From positions 26,784,001 to 26,848,000 of the forward strand of contig OX597830.1 in assembly GCA_951406725.2 (NCBI GenBank): a stretch of DNA of 64,000 nt. The letters run 5' to 3'. Made by a program: the position numbers and the translations under genes. Positions 63,992 to 64,000 of the stretch are shown one piece after another. The stretch is from Octopus vulgaris. Its lineage: Eukaryota. The notes under the pieces are model-generated. The model was not told the DNA's origin. It searched no databases and saw only the letters and a list, made by a program, of their open reading frames with translations. The number at the start of each line of letters is the position of its first letter. Position 1 is the stretch's first letter.

Positions 63992-64000
63992 AAAAAAATT

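Overview
AT-rich, microsatellite- and transposon-saturated metazoan DNA. The SINE families and repeat density look like an octopus/coleoid cephalopod genome (inference). Almost all supplied ORFs are microsatellite or SINE artefacts. One real protein-coding gene is present on the + strand: peptide methionine sulfoxide reductase A (MSRA). It has five clear coding exons (20575-20705, 31776-31871, 32685-32749, 36349-36477, 40893-41192) and a probable first exon ending at 3835, whose AT joins the G at 20575 to build the start codon across a 16.7-kb intron. The predicted 240-aa protein has an N-terminal targeting leader, an internal Met30-Gly myristoylation-type start, the GCFW active site and a C-terminal REEL. 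The rest is mobile DNA: a three-level nest just upstream of the gene (Merlin transposase relic < Merlin-type MITE < solo LTR), a full-length decayed Tc1 element, piggyBac-type MITEs, Penelope-like and RTE relics, and five modular tRNA-derived SINE families (my labels A-E), including a 5 x 184-bp SINE multimer. There is also an unexplained ORF-bearing retro-insertion inside a SINE head, several local inverted duplications and a scattered family of hammerhead-ribozyme-like folds.
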